NCBI GenBank assembly: GCA_963773065.1
Contig: CAVYZN010000005.1
Location: forward strand, 106,273-170,272
DNA from: an uncultured Gammaproteobacteria bacterium
GTDB lineage: Bacteria; Pseudomonadota; Gammaproteobacteria; UBA9214
Direction of reading: 5' to 3'
DNA: 64,000 nucleotides
This document shows, piece after piece, positions 52,551-62,203 of this stretch. The position numbers were made by a program, and so were the translations under genes. Each line of letters begins with the position of its first letter. Within the stretch, counting starts at the first letter, position 1. Under the pieces are notes generated by a model. It was not told the origin of the DNA. It did no database searches and was given only the letters and a program-made list of their open reading frames with translations.

Positions 52551-52880
52551 CTAATAATTCTTTCTGATTACAAGATTGCTCGTGACCGAAGTTACGCCTT
52601 CGGTCTTACGCGCAATTGAAACAGCCTTGTCCGCTTCTGCCTGGGTTCCGACATTGCCGCTCAAAACCACCGCGCCATTGCTGTCGGTATCGACTTGAAT
52701 ATGCATGAGACTGCTCATCTTTTCGTCGGCCAGCTTGGCCTTGACTTTGGTTGTTATTACCGAGTCCTTGACGAATGTCATGGGTTGCGTACGGTCCGAG
52801 TCTGAGTCTTCAGCGAGGGCCGCAACAGGGGCCAGCAAGGTACCGATGACGAAACAGGTTGTCGCGAGTTTGATTTTCAT
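52551..52880 (-). CDS. single BON-domain (OsmY-like) exported protein
   Basis: Signal peptide; DSVITTKVKAKL...IQVDT..GAVVLSG...GVTSV. Confidence 0.9.
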   Translation of the reverse strand: MKIKLATTCFVIGTLLAPVAALAEDSDSDRTQPMTFVKDSVITTKVKAKLADEKMSSLMHIQVDTDSNGAVVLSGNVGTQAEADKAVSIARKTEGVTSVTSNLVIRKNY

Positions 52881-53215
52881 GGTCTATCCTTAATTGAGTG
52901 AGGTGGGAATCACGAATTATCCGGCAATTATTTAAAAGGGTCTGTTCGCTGTCACACATAGCAAGGCGGAAATGTTTGACGCGAGCCAACACGGGCTAGA
53001 TTTCTGTCCCGGCCTGTTCCATGATTCGTTCCCGGGAGGATGGAGAGGATAATCCGGCAGGTCAGTGCAGGAGCGCATTCCGCACTTGCATTGACATTGG
53101 CATTCTGACGCCCTTGCGCTACGTCTTCGCCATCACACCACAAGCGGGGTGATGGGCATAAATACCCTCGCGACACTGAGGAGGTATGAGCCGGGATAGG
53201 CGTTACGCCAATGCC

Positions 53216-53650
53216 TTAGTGATCATGGCCATCGTTGTAATCGTTGCCGCGGTGATCGTTCTGGTCTCCACGATGATCATCACTGTGCTCGTCACGGCGG
53301 TCATTTTGGCAATCACGATGATGTTCCTGGTAACGCGGAACGTACTCGCGCTTGTACCAGTCGTCCTGCACAAACAAGACTCGCTCGCCGCAGGCGTTGT
53401 ATTCGCGGCAGTGTTTGCGCCAGTTTTTGGCCTGGCCCGGCGGTACGCGCAGATAGACCGGCGGGCGATTCGTCGGTACCTGCTCGATTGCTATCGGATG
53501 ACGATAGATGACTTGCGGCTGCGGATAGTCACCGAAGTCGAGGCGACCATAGAAGTCAGGTTGGCCAAGGCTAGAGGTACCACGGTTATCGCCCGCGAGT
53601 GCCACAGCGGTGGCGGCGGCCAGTGCTGCCGCGAATAGTAAACGTTTCAT
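53216..53650 (-). CDS. exported hypothetical protein with PPGQAK motif and His/Asp-rich tail
   Basis: Signal peptide; GQPDFYGRLD, YLRVPPGQAKNWRKHC.EYNAC; RBS AGGAG. Confidence 0.7.
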   Translation of the reverse strand: MKRLLFAAALAAATAVALAGDNRGTSSLGQPDFYGRLDFGDYPQPQVIYRHPIAIEQVPTNRPPVYLRVPPGQAKNWRKHCREYNACGERVLFVQDDWYKREYVPRYQEHHRDCQNDRRDEHSDDHRGDQNDHRGNDYNDGHDH

Positions 53651-53837
53651 GTTGGATCTCCTGTGGTTATCGAACCACCCATGTCATTGGGGCAATGCCC
53701 CGGATTCGATCGGTTTCCGGCGGGAATACAATGCATTGGTAACATGCATTTCGAAGCCCCTACCTCGGCGTCCATGACGCAGTGCGCGACGCAGCGCCGC
53801 GCACTGCATGGTCGGGTCGGGAGGAACGCTTCGGACG

Positions 53838-54041
53838 TTAGACCTTGGTGCGCTCTTCAAAGCGCTTGATCTGCTGCTCGGTTTCGTCCTTCGTGATACC
53901 GTAGACCTCCTGGATCTTGCCCGCTAGCTGATCGCGCTTGCCGGCAATCACGTCGAGGTGATCGTCGGTGAGCTTGCCCCACTGTGATTTCACCTTGCCC
54001 TTGAACTGCTTCCAGTTGCCTTCAACGATATTCCAGTCCAT
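53838..54041 (-). CDS. csbD: CsbD-family stress protein, copy 2 (intact)
   Basis: MDWNIVEGNWKQFKGKVKSQWGKLTDD...GKIQEVYG; RBS AAGGAG. Confidence 0.92.
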   Translation of the reverse strand: MDWNIVEGNWKQFKGKVKSQWGKLTDDHLDVIAGKRDQLAGKIQEVYGITKDETEQQIKRFEERTKV

Positions 54042-54330
54042 ATCAAACTCCTTTTGTCAGGAACCCGACTGGCGGAATCGCCAATCGAGCATCCTTTGTC
54101 GAAACCGGCCTCTCGTCACTTGTGTACTTCGCGCACTGACAGGCCGGACTAATTTCATGGGAACTCCGGATACAAGTGCAAGGTTAGTCGCATCATCAAG
54201 CGCAGTCGGTACGGTGGAACACATAAGGCCACACTCATCACGGCCGACCACGTCGGTAATGGCCCTGGCGCGGGCATCAGGGAGTTCGCAGCGCCGCTGC
54301 AGTCCCTGGGAGCGGGGGGAATTCCCTCGT

Positions 54331-54376
54331 CTACGGCGAGCAGAAGCCGGGCTCGGTACGCGGTGGCGTACGGACG
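54331..54376 (+). repeat. imperfect direct repeat of about 46 bp (partner at 56476-56521)
   Basis: CTACGGCGAGcAGAAgCCGGGcTCgGTacGCGGTGGCGTACgGACG vs CTACGGCGAGtAGAAaCCGGGtTCaGTgtGCGGTGGCGTACaGACG. Confidence 0.85.
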
Positions 54377-54381
54377 TAGGA

Positions 54382-54696
54382 TTAGTTGATTCTGTCCCAC
54401 ATCACGTTGCATTTTGCCTTTGCCGCAGCCTTGAGCAATTCGATCAGAGGCAAGGCGCGGTGCGAGAGACTTACGGCAGATTCGCCGTCCTCTCCTTCCG
54501 GAGACTCTTCCATCTCCGGCGACTGCTTGTCTGCCTCGACCGCAGCCTCCAGACGCTCCAGCGCCGCTTGGACATCTGCTGCAATGAGAGCGCTGGGCAC
54601 CGTACCACTGTGTCCCATCAGTTTGAGCAGTCGGGCCGCCACGTCGCCGAACATCGTTATGTCCGCGTAGGCAGGGCAGGAAAAAGTTACCAGCAT
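54382..54696 (-). CDS. DUF1840-family protein
   Basis: MLVTFSCPAYADITMFGDVA..LLKLMG; VSLSHRALPLIELL...VMW. Confidence 0.85.
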   Translation of the reverse strand: MLVTFSCPAYADITMFGDVAARLLKLMGHSGTVPSALIAADVQAALERLEAAVEADKQSPEMEESPEGEDGESAVSLSHRALPLIELLKAAAKAKCNVMWDRIN

Positions 54697-54769
54697 AATC
54701 ACTTCCTCTCTGATGCTCGTGCTATCGGCAGCCGCCTCGCGTCTGCGGCCTTTCCCGTCCGCCCAAGGT

Positions 54770-54915
54770 GCGCGGACCAAAAAATTGCGCCTGCATTACC
54801 GTGCCCGCCGTAGTTGTGGCCGCCGATCATGGGTGCGACGCAGCCGTAGCGCATCGTGAGGTAGAAAAGGCCGCCCCAAACATAAGCCAGGTGAGGCTTT
54901 TCAAGCTTCTTGCAT
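54770..54915 (-). pseudogene. degraded fragment of a small copper-island membrane protein (MMRFGCGAH-type N-terminus)
   Basis: RBS AGGAG; frameshifted ...WGGLFYLTMRYGCVAPMIGGH... Confidence 0.35.
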
Positions 54916-54987
54916 CCGTCGTTTAACTCCTATTTGTCCCGTTGTGTCACGTCCCTTACTGCCGCGCGCCCGCGACTTGCCCTGGCG

Positions 54988-55377
54988 TCACGCCGTGAGG
55001 TTCGCGCAGACCCGCTGCAGAAGTGCCCGTACTTCCTTTCCAAGAGCATGCACTTCAGGTTTGTCAACCAACTGCAACACGGCCTCGGGATCCATGAACG
55101 CAACCGTTATGGTTCCATCGGTTTCTTCGCGCACGACCACGTTGCACGGTAGTAACAAACCGATATCGGGGTCAGCCTCGATCGCGCGGTGTGCAAGCGG
55201 TGGATTGCATGCGCCGAGTATGCGATACGGCAGACGTTCGATATTGAGCTTGGCTTTCAGCGTCGCTTTGACATCGATATCGGTGAGCACGCCGAATCCT
55301 TCCTTTTTCAGGGCCTCTGTGACTTTCTCGACGGCCGTATCGAACGGCAACTTTAGCTGTGTGCTGAATCCGTACAT
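54988..55377 (-). CDS. DUF302 domain protein
   Basis: [36 protein letters not shown]. Confidence 0.9.
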   Translation of the reverse strand: MYGFSTQLKLPFDTAVEKVTEALKKEGFGVLTDIDVKATLKAKLNIERLPYRILGACNPPLAHRAIEADPDIGLLLPCNVVVREETDGTITVAFMDPEAVLQLVDKPEVHALGKEVRALLQRVCANLTA

Positions 55378-55431
55378 AAATCGACTCCTGATCAAGTGGC
55401 GGAACGACAGGTTTGGCGCTGCGGTTCCGAT

Positions 55432-55515
55432 GTAGCCGAGGCTTGCCGTGAGCACGTGGCAACACGTCTTCGATTGCCTGCGTTAGCGTGGCTTCCGGCG
55501 GTCCGGCAGCCTACC
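55432..55515. repeat. intergenic repeat of about 84 bp (partner at 63289-63372)
   Basis: GTAGCC..GGCTTGCCGTGAGC...GGCAACAC...GCCTGCGTT..CGTGGCTTCCG.CGGTCCGGC.GC shared by both. Confidence 0.8.
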
Positions 55516-55538
55516 TCACTACTTCTTGTTCCCGTTCT

Positions 55539-56475
55539 TCAATAGATAGACCATTTCTTCAGTCTCAGCAACCGTGCGTTGATGGCCACAATCACCGTGC
55601 TCGCGGCCATCAGCACCGCACCCAGGGCGGGCGAGAGCAACGCGCCCCAGGCGTACAGCGCGCCGGCCGCCAGCGGAATGGCGACGACGTTGTAGCCCGT
55701 GGCCCAGATCAAGTTCTGAATCATCTTCCGATAGGTGGCGCGGGAAAGCTCTACGATGGCCACGACATCCAGCGGATTACTCCGCACCAGAATCACGTCG
55801 GCGGTTTCCACCGCCACATCGGAACCGGCGCCAATGGCGATGCCCACGTCCGCCTGTGCCGGGGCGTCGTTCACACCATCACCGGTCATGGCCACCAACA
55901 CGCCCCGGGATTGAACTTCTTCCACTTTGGCGGCTTTGTCCTGGGGCAGGACTTCGGCGAAGAATTCATCCAGCCCGGCCTGGTCCGAGACCCATTTGGC
56001 CGTCGCCTTGTTATCGCCAGTGAGCATCATGCAGCGGATGTTCAACGACTTCAAGGCATCGATGGCTTGCTTCGCCTCAGGCCGGACAACGTCGGCCAGG
56101 GCGATCGCGCCTTGCAACTTCCCGTCACACGAAGACAAACACGACCGTCTTGCCCTGGGCTTGCAGGGGCTCGATACGCTCGTCGGTGAGGTCGATATTC
56201 TGTTCGAGCAGGTAGCCGGGGCTAACCACTTTAATGTCTTTGCCCTCGACCCGGCCTTCGGCGCCTTTGCCTGGAATGCTTTTGAAGTTTTCAACGAGCA
56301 GCTTCTTATCCGAAGAATCGGCGATAGCCTTGGCGATGGGATGTTCGGAATTCGCGTCCACGGCGGCCGCGTACTGGCGCAGCGTTTCTTCGTCGATGTC
56401 CTGCGCAAGCACCAGGGTGTCGGTCACACCAAAGCGACCCTCGGTCAGCGTACCGGTCTTGTCAAAAATGATGGC
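55539..56475 (-). pseudogene. copB: 5'-truncated heavy-metal P1B ATPase (CopB-like), C-terminal half only
   Basis: Begins abruptly at AIIFDKTGTLT; SEHPIA, MLTGDN, TGDGVNDAPA, WATGYNVVAIPLAAG, MAASTVIVAINA; no N-terminal TM or A-domain. Confidence 0.85.
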
Positions 56476-56736
56476 CTACGGCGAGTAGAAACCGGGTTCA
56501 GTGTGCGGTGGCGTACAGACGGTAGCCATCGTTTGAGTCACATTACGCTCTAGGACATGGCGATGACTGCCGAGATCAACGGTGGTCGCCATGCAGTCTG
56601 GCAAAGGGCCATTGCCTCGAAGGATCACTGGTGAAACAGTCGGAAGACGGGTACCACGCGCCGGAGAAAGCAGCAATGGCCTGCGAGAGTTTCCCCGGTC
56701 GCTGCGCCGCCACGACTCACTATTAGGAGAGATGAA

Positions 56737-56895
56737 ATGACATTAGGAACCATTCTGCTAATCATTCTGGTTTTGCTTCTGGTCGGCGTGATTCCAACCT
56801 GGCCCCACAGCCGGGGATGGGGTTACGGTCCCAGCGGTGGTATTGGGCTGGTGTTGGTGATCCTGCTCGTTCTGTTGTTGCTGGGCAAGATATAG
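56737..56895 (+). CDS. DUF3309-family small membrane protein (52 aa, not in the ORF track)
   Basis: MTLGTILLIILVLLLVGVIPTWPHSRGWGYGPSGGIGLVLVILLVLLLLGKI; RBS AGGAG. Confidence 0.9.
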   Translation: MTLGTILLIILVLLLVGVIPTWPHSRGWGYGPSGGIGLVLVILLVLLLLGKI

Positions 56896-57012
56896 CGCGT
56901 TGCCCCGGTTTTCCTGCCGGCGGGCACTCAACGGACAGCGAAACCCGAATTACCGTGTTAACAACGCAACGAAGGTCGCCCGCTTGACTCACAGTCAATG
57001 AAAGGACAGGAA

Positions 57013-57081
57013 ATGTTGCATTATACCGCAGTAATTTTCGTCAACGCGCTAATCGCTAATCGTGGGACTGATACGTCGTAA
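57013..57081 (+). pseudogene. DUF1328 (YtjA-like) 5' remnant
   Basis: RBS AAAGGA then MLHYTAVIFVNALIA, resembling the DUF1328 N-terminus, then truncated; DUF1328 commonly accompanies DUF3309. Confidence 0.5.
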
Positions 57082-57287
57082 GTGACCGTGGAACCTCGGC
57101 CTCTCGCCGTATTCAGGCGATGGGATGGATGCGTCGATGACAGCTTTGGCAGCCGAGTCGATTTGAGGTGAGCAGTTGTTATTACCCCTCGACCCGGGGA
57201 GCAAAAGTATGCGGCCTGCAAAGGCCAAATCCTGATTTAATTCGAATACCATAAATTTCTGAAGTACTGCACAAAGGAGATGACTGT

Positions 57288-57959
57288 ATGGATAGAGCCA
57301 AAACCCTAACTGTTATCATTCTAGGGCTGTTGCTATCAGCCGGCATATGCGCCCATGCCGGGGAAGAGGAACTCTGTGCCCCCTTCCTGAATGGCAAGGT
57401 GGAGCAGTCGCGGGTTGACTCCATGCGGGCCGCGGCCAAGGGTGGCCATCTCTACCGTATCCAGCCTGATACCTCGAGGGTGGGCTTCTGCGTGGACAGC
57501 GAGCTTGCGCGAGTCAAGGCCGAGTTCAAGGCTTTCCAGGGCGGGATGACCTTGTGGCCGGATCACTCGGTTGACAAGGAACAGGCGATGGTTCTGGTCA
57601 AAACTGCGAGTCTGGATACCGGTGGCTCCATGATCGAGTACCTGCTGAAAGGCGAACGTTTCTTCGATGTGGCGAACTACCCTGAAATTCTGTTCGTCAG
57701 TACGGGTTTCACATGGACGAGCGAGACCACGGGCACGATGAAGGGTGATCTCACGCTGCATGGAGTCACCCGGCCGGTGACATTCAACGTCACGCTGTTG
57801 CCGATCAGGAATACGGACGAGAAGAATGCCGGTAAGGTTCTGGTCAAGGCCGGTACCACGATACACCGGTCAGACTATGGCATGGATACGCTATCACGGG
57901 TAGTCAACGACGACGTTGAACTGTGCATGAGAGTGGAGGCGGTGAGGTATCACGGCTAA
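57288..57959 (+). CDS. YceI-family exported lipid/polyisoprenoid-binding protein
   Basis: Signal peptide; TASLDTG, FFDVANYPEILFVS, GDLTLHGVTRPV, TIHRSDYGM. Confidence 0.9.
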   Translation: MDRAKTLTVIILGLLLSAGICAHAGEEELCAPFLNGKVEQSRVDSMRAAAKGGHLYRIQPDTSRVGFCVDSELARVKAEFKAFQGGMTLWPDHSVDKEQAMVLVKTASLDTGGSMIEYLLKGERFFDVANYPEILFVSTGFTWTSETTGTMKGDLTLHGVTRPVTFNVTLLPIRNTDEKNAGKVLVKAGTTIHRSDYGMDTLSRVVNDDVELCMRVEAVRYHG

Positions 57960-58268
57960 TGGGACTACCAGGATATTCTGCAGGGCTTTATGCCTGAGAT
58001 TATGAGAATTTGTTTCCCCCGGACTATAGATTAAGGGGAATGATCCAAGGCGAGGTCATGTGTAATCATCAGTGGGGATTCAATCACTATGGGTCTTAAC
58101 AAACATTGGCATTCTATTATTGCGGACCACAGGGTGACCGATTCCGGCGACCCACCAGAGCAGGTGAGTGCCTGCTCTGTACTCTCCCCTTGAACTTCTC
58201 CATCTTTCTATGAATCCGCCAACAGTTGATCTACACTGATTAAGAATTCTCAAATAAAGGAGAGCGTT

Positions 58269-58334
58269 ATGGTCGGTGTTTTAGTGGTGGTTATTTTAGT
58301 CCTTCTGATTGTTTTTCTGGTAAAGCGCGTGTAG
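58269..58334 (+). CDS. putative 21 aa single-TM small protein
   Basis: AAGGAG RBS; MVGVLVVVILVLLIVFLVKRV; followed by hairpin GGTCCCGTC...GACGGGACC. Confidence 0.55.
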   Translation: MVGVLVVVILVLLIVFLVKRV

Positions 58335-58424
58335 GGGCCCTGGGTCCCGTCCCTGACGTCATCGGGTGACGGGACCGGCAGGAGAACCCGGCGCGACACG
58401 CTTCATCACGAAGTGGAATCTTCC

Positions 58425-59105
58425 ATGCAGCTTGAGGTTCATCATCTTTCCAAAGTCTATAAAGAAAACAGAGGGCTCCTTGCCACCGGCTTTAACGTCG
58501 ACCAGGGGGAGCTGATTGCGGTGGTGGGACACAACGGCGCCGGTAAATCGACCCTTTTAAAAATGCTGGGCGGCTGGCTGGTTCCCGATGGTGGGGAGGT
58601 CCGGGTCGATGGGATCGATCTCAAAAACAGACGGGCCCTCGTGAGGAAGATCGGGTTCGTTCCCGAAACGCCGAATCTCTTCGATTTCTTTTCGGTCGAA
58701 TACAACCTCGCCCTCTTTGCCCGCCTTTTCCAAATCCCCTTTTCGCGGATCGAAGAAACGTTGAAGGAATTTAACCTCCTCCCGTTTCGTCATAATAAAG
58801 TGCAGGTCTTGTCGAAAGGATTGAAGCAGCGGGTCAGCATCGGACGCTCCCTCCTCGCCGATCCACCGCTCCTTCTCTTTGATGAGCCGACTTCGGGGCT
58901 CGATTTCGAAATGACGAAGGAGATTTACCATCTGCTGAAAAAAATACATGCTTTAGGAAAGACGATACTTTTTACCTCTCATCGGCCTGAGGAGATCAAA
59001 ACCCTCGCCACCCGGATCATGGTCCTCCATCAAGGAGCCCTCGTCTTCGACGGTCTTCCCACGGAATATTTCGAGTCGCACATTCATCAGAATCTCTACT
59101 CATGA
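58425..59105 (+). CDS. ABC-2 type exporter ATP-binding protein
   Basis: GHNGAGKST, LSKGLKQR, LLFDEPTSGLD, TSH. Confidence 0.9.
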   Translation: MQLEVHHLSKVYKENRGLLATGFNVDQGELIAVVGHNGAGKSTLLKMLGGWLVPDGGEVRVDGIDLKNRRALVRKIGFVPETPNLFDFFSVEYNLALFARLFQIPFSRIEETLKEFNLLPFRHNKVQVLSKGLKQRVSIGRSLLADPPLLLFDEPTSGLDFEMTKEIYHLLKKIHALGKTILFTSHRPEEIKTLATRIMVLHQGALVFDGLPTEYFESHIHQNLYS

Positions 59106-60137
59106 TCAGAAACGTCGTGATATTGACCTTCAACGATCTAGCGATTGCATTTAAAAACAAGACCCTCTACCTGATCCTCTTTATCCCCCTGTTTGTTTTC
59201 GTATCACTGAAGCTGGTCGACGGGAACGAACCGAATGTTCAGAAGATAAAAATCGGGCTGCTTGAAAAGGGAAACTATCCTCCCGCGATGATTCAAAGCC
59301 TCCAATCGGCCGATCGCGCCTTTGCGGTTTCCTGGCTTCCGAACGAAGAGGAAGGGAAGCGGTGGTTGAAGGAGAGGAACGGCGACGGCATTCTGGTCCC
59401 GTCCGGGAAGGAGAGCTGAAGGCTGCGCCCTGATCGTTTTAGCAAAAGCCTCGTTCCAAACGGTGGCCATCGTCGAAAGTGTTTCCGAGCTGCAGCGGGC
59501 GCTGGAGGGAAAAAGCAAAAACTGGATTTCGGAGATCCGCTCCCTTCAGGAGAGCGGGCTTCAAAGACAGATGCTGCCGACCTGGATTTTAATGCTGGTA
59601 CTGCTGGTCGGTTTCATCGTCCTTCCGGCGCAGGTGGCCGAAGAAAAAGAAAAGAAGCTCCTCCTCGGGCTGTTGCAAACGCCGATTCGTGAGGTGGAGT
59701 GGCTGCTCGCCAAGGTATGTTTGGGGATGATATTAATCGGCGTCGCGGCGCTCTTCCTTCATCTGCTGATGAAGTTTGATTTTGCTCTCGGCGGCGGCTT
59801 GAACTATCTTGCCTTTCTGATGGCGGGCGGGTTCTGTTTCAGCGCCTTCGGAATTTTCGTCGGTTTTTTATGCCGGACCCAGGCGAGTGCGAGAACATTG
59901 GGGGTCCTTTTTTATCTCCCACATCTTCTCCCTTCCGCGCTCTCCGATTTTTCCCAAAAATTGAACAGTGTGGCGCCGTTGCTCCCCTCCTACCAATTTT
60001 ACCGACCGATTAAATCGATTCTTCTGGAAGGGGCCGGCGTCTCCGATTTTCCTCTGGAATTGATCTCTCTTTTCGGGGTTGGACTCTTCACCTCTTTCTT
60101 ATCCTATCGGTTAATGAAAAAACGGTGGCTGATGTAG
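59102..60137 (+). CDS. ABC-2 type permease (frameshift near 59415)
   Basis: N-terminal TM plus extracytoplasmic loop; AEEKEKKLL..LLQTP...LLAK; multiple TMs. Confidence 0.8.
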
Positions 60138-60300
60138 GGTTCCAGCGCTTCCTTCGGGTAAGGGAGAGTGGTGGTAATCCTATAGCCATGTCATACTCTT
60201 TTCGGTTTCCATGCGTACGCTCGATACGTAAGCAATACACATACTATCACTGGCACGCGATCGCTATAAACTAAACGAAGACCGGAAGAAACGCAGCACT

Positions 60301-61026
60301 TCAGCTTCGATCATCGGTGGCCTCCGCCAGTCGTGCTGCCCAGGCGGCGGCGCCCACCGCTGTCTGAATCCCGTCCTGGCGGATCTCGATCATGACACTG
60401 GGCAATCCGCGACCCTCGCCGTGCACCGGGATTGTGTAGTCGACATCATCTTCAATTGGGTAAGGCTCGTTGTCCCCGACGGTGAATTCCCCGCTGTGAG
60501 CGAGCACCTCGATCATCAGCACGGCGAGTCGCTGGTCGCGCCCATGGGAGACGCCAATGTGCCAGGGTCGCGGCCGGCCGTTCAGGACCGGCGTGAAGCT
60601 GTGAATGCTGAGTAACAGACTCGGCCGCTGGGTACGGCCATCGAGCAGCCGATCGATGGCGCCGTGGTAAGGCCGGAACAGCGCATTGATGCGGCTCTCT
60701 CTTTCCCTGGACGACAGCCCGCGGTTGCCCGGGACGGGCACGCCGCCACTTTGTTCGGCAATGGATTCCGCGTTGCGAAGCGGTCGATTGCAATCGATGA
60801 CGAGACGCGAGTAGCCGCTCAACACCAGGGGTGCATCGAGAAGAGATGAAAGCCGGCGCGCCACGTCGGCCGCACCCGGGTCCCAGCCGATATGATCGGC
60901 CAACTGGACGGCGTCGAGGCCAAGGGTGCCGAGCCGTTGGGGGACTCTGTTGGAGGCGTGATCGCAGACGAGCACGGCGCTGCTGCGCCCGTCGGCATTG
61001 ATCAACTCGACGGAGTGGCGGCTCAT
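60301..61026 (-). CDS. N-formylglutamate amidohydrolase family protein
   Basis: VCDHASN, HIGWDPGA, SRLVIDCNR, PYH, SIHSFTP, GDNEPY, IEIRQD. Confidence 0.9.
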   Translation of the reverse strand: MSRHSVELINADGRSSAVLVCDHASNRVPQRLGTLGLDAVQLADHIGWDPGAADVARRLSSLLDAPLVLSGYSRLVIDCNRPLRNAESIAEQSGGVPVPGNRGLSSRERESRINALFRPYHGAIDRLLDGRTQRPSLLLSIHSFTPVLNGRPRPWHIGVSHGRDQRLAVLMIEVLAHSGEFTVGDNEPYPIEDDVDYTIPVHGEGRGLPSVMIEIRQDGIQTAVGAAAWAARLAEATDDRS

Positions 61027-61096
61027 CGGACCCCAGCAACGACACTGTCGATACGCCAGTATCAGAATCCATCAACGCGGTCCTGTTCGCGATGCG

Positions 61097-61942
61097 CTAC
61101 GCTTGCGCAGGGTACGCATCAGCACCGGCGGACTGACCCCTCACTTCATCCGTCCACACCTTGAAGCTCTTGAGCACATTCGGACCGAAGGTGTTACTGA
61201 TCGGCACATCCGCCGCATCCCGGCCCTGGGCGATCAACACGCGCCCGACCCGCGGGATGTTGTTGCGCGGATCAAAGGTATGCCAGCGGCCGCCAAGATA
61301 GGCCTCGAACCAGGCGGAGAAGTCCATGGGATCCGCCGAGGCAGGGACCCCGATGTCACCCAGGTAGCCCGTGCAGTAACGCGCTGGAATATTCATGCAG
61401 CGACAGAAGGCGATCGCGAGGTGGGTGTAGTCGCGACACACGCCCATGCGCTCATTAAAGGCTTCGAGGGCGGTCTTGGTCGCCCGGGCATGCTGGTAGC
61501 CAAAGGCAAGATGCCCATGGACGAAATCGCAGATTGCCTTGACGCGCGGCCACCCGGGGGTCGTCTGCCCGAAGAGAGCCCAGGCAGTCTCGGAAAGCCG
61601 ATCGGTTTCGCAGTAGCGGCTCCCGAGCAGAAACACAAGCGTCTCCGCCGGCAAATCCTCCACGGCATGCTGCGGGGCGAAGGGGTCGACCCCGTCCGCC
61701 AGCCCGCTATCGTTGATGAGCGCATCGGTGGAGATCCGGATATCACCCGGCGGCGCGACGATACGGCTGCACCAATTGCCGAAGCCGTCGCGGTAGGCGG
61801 TGATCGGGGTCGGCGGGCTGGTGATGATGTGGTCTGCGATGACGAGATCGGAGACGCGGGTGAAATGGATGTTCAGCATCAGAATCATGGGTGTCGACTG
61901 CGGACACTCGTAGACTAACTCGTATCCGACCCGGATCTGCAT
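61097..61942 (-). CDS. transglutaminase-like protein
   Basis: FLLGSRYCETD, GVCRDYTHL, PARYCTGYLGD, DFSAWFE, FDPRNN, GRDAADV. Confidence 0.92.
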   Translation of the reverse strand: MQIRVGYELVYECPQSTPMILMLNIHFTRVSDLVIADHIITSPPTPITAYRDGFGNWCSRIVAPPGDIRISTDALINDSGLADGVDPFAPQHAVEDLPAETLVFLLGSRYCETDRLSETAWALFGQTTPGWPRVKAICDFVHGHLAFGYQHARATKTALEAFNERMGVCRDYTHLAIAFCRCMNIPARYCTGYLGDIGVPASADPMDFSAWFEAYLGGRWHTFDPRNNIPRVGRVLIAQGRDAADVPISNTFGPNVLKSFKVWTDEVRGQSAGADAYPAQA

Positions 61943-62203
61943 CCTGAACCCCCTCGAATACAGTACCACTACAGACTTGGGCTGATCACCTCGACATCAA
62001 CGAGTGATGCGGGCGATCAGCCTGGCGCCCGACGGATTTCTCGCCCTTGTGCTACCTGGCTGAAGCCGGCGGGCCACCCGCGGGCCTGCTGCAACAGAAC
62101 GTCCTGCTATCAGTGCGATCAGAAAGAATCAGGGAGTCAGCCTGTTGTACAGAACGTGACCCCCTGATTTTCTCGGCAAGCCCTTCGCTACCGCGAAGTC
62201 CAC

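Noticed and set aside
60251-60265. Sigma-54 promoter TGGCACGCGATCGCT
   Set aside because: GG-to-GC spacing is one base short and no plus-strand gene follows.
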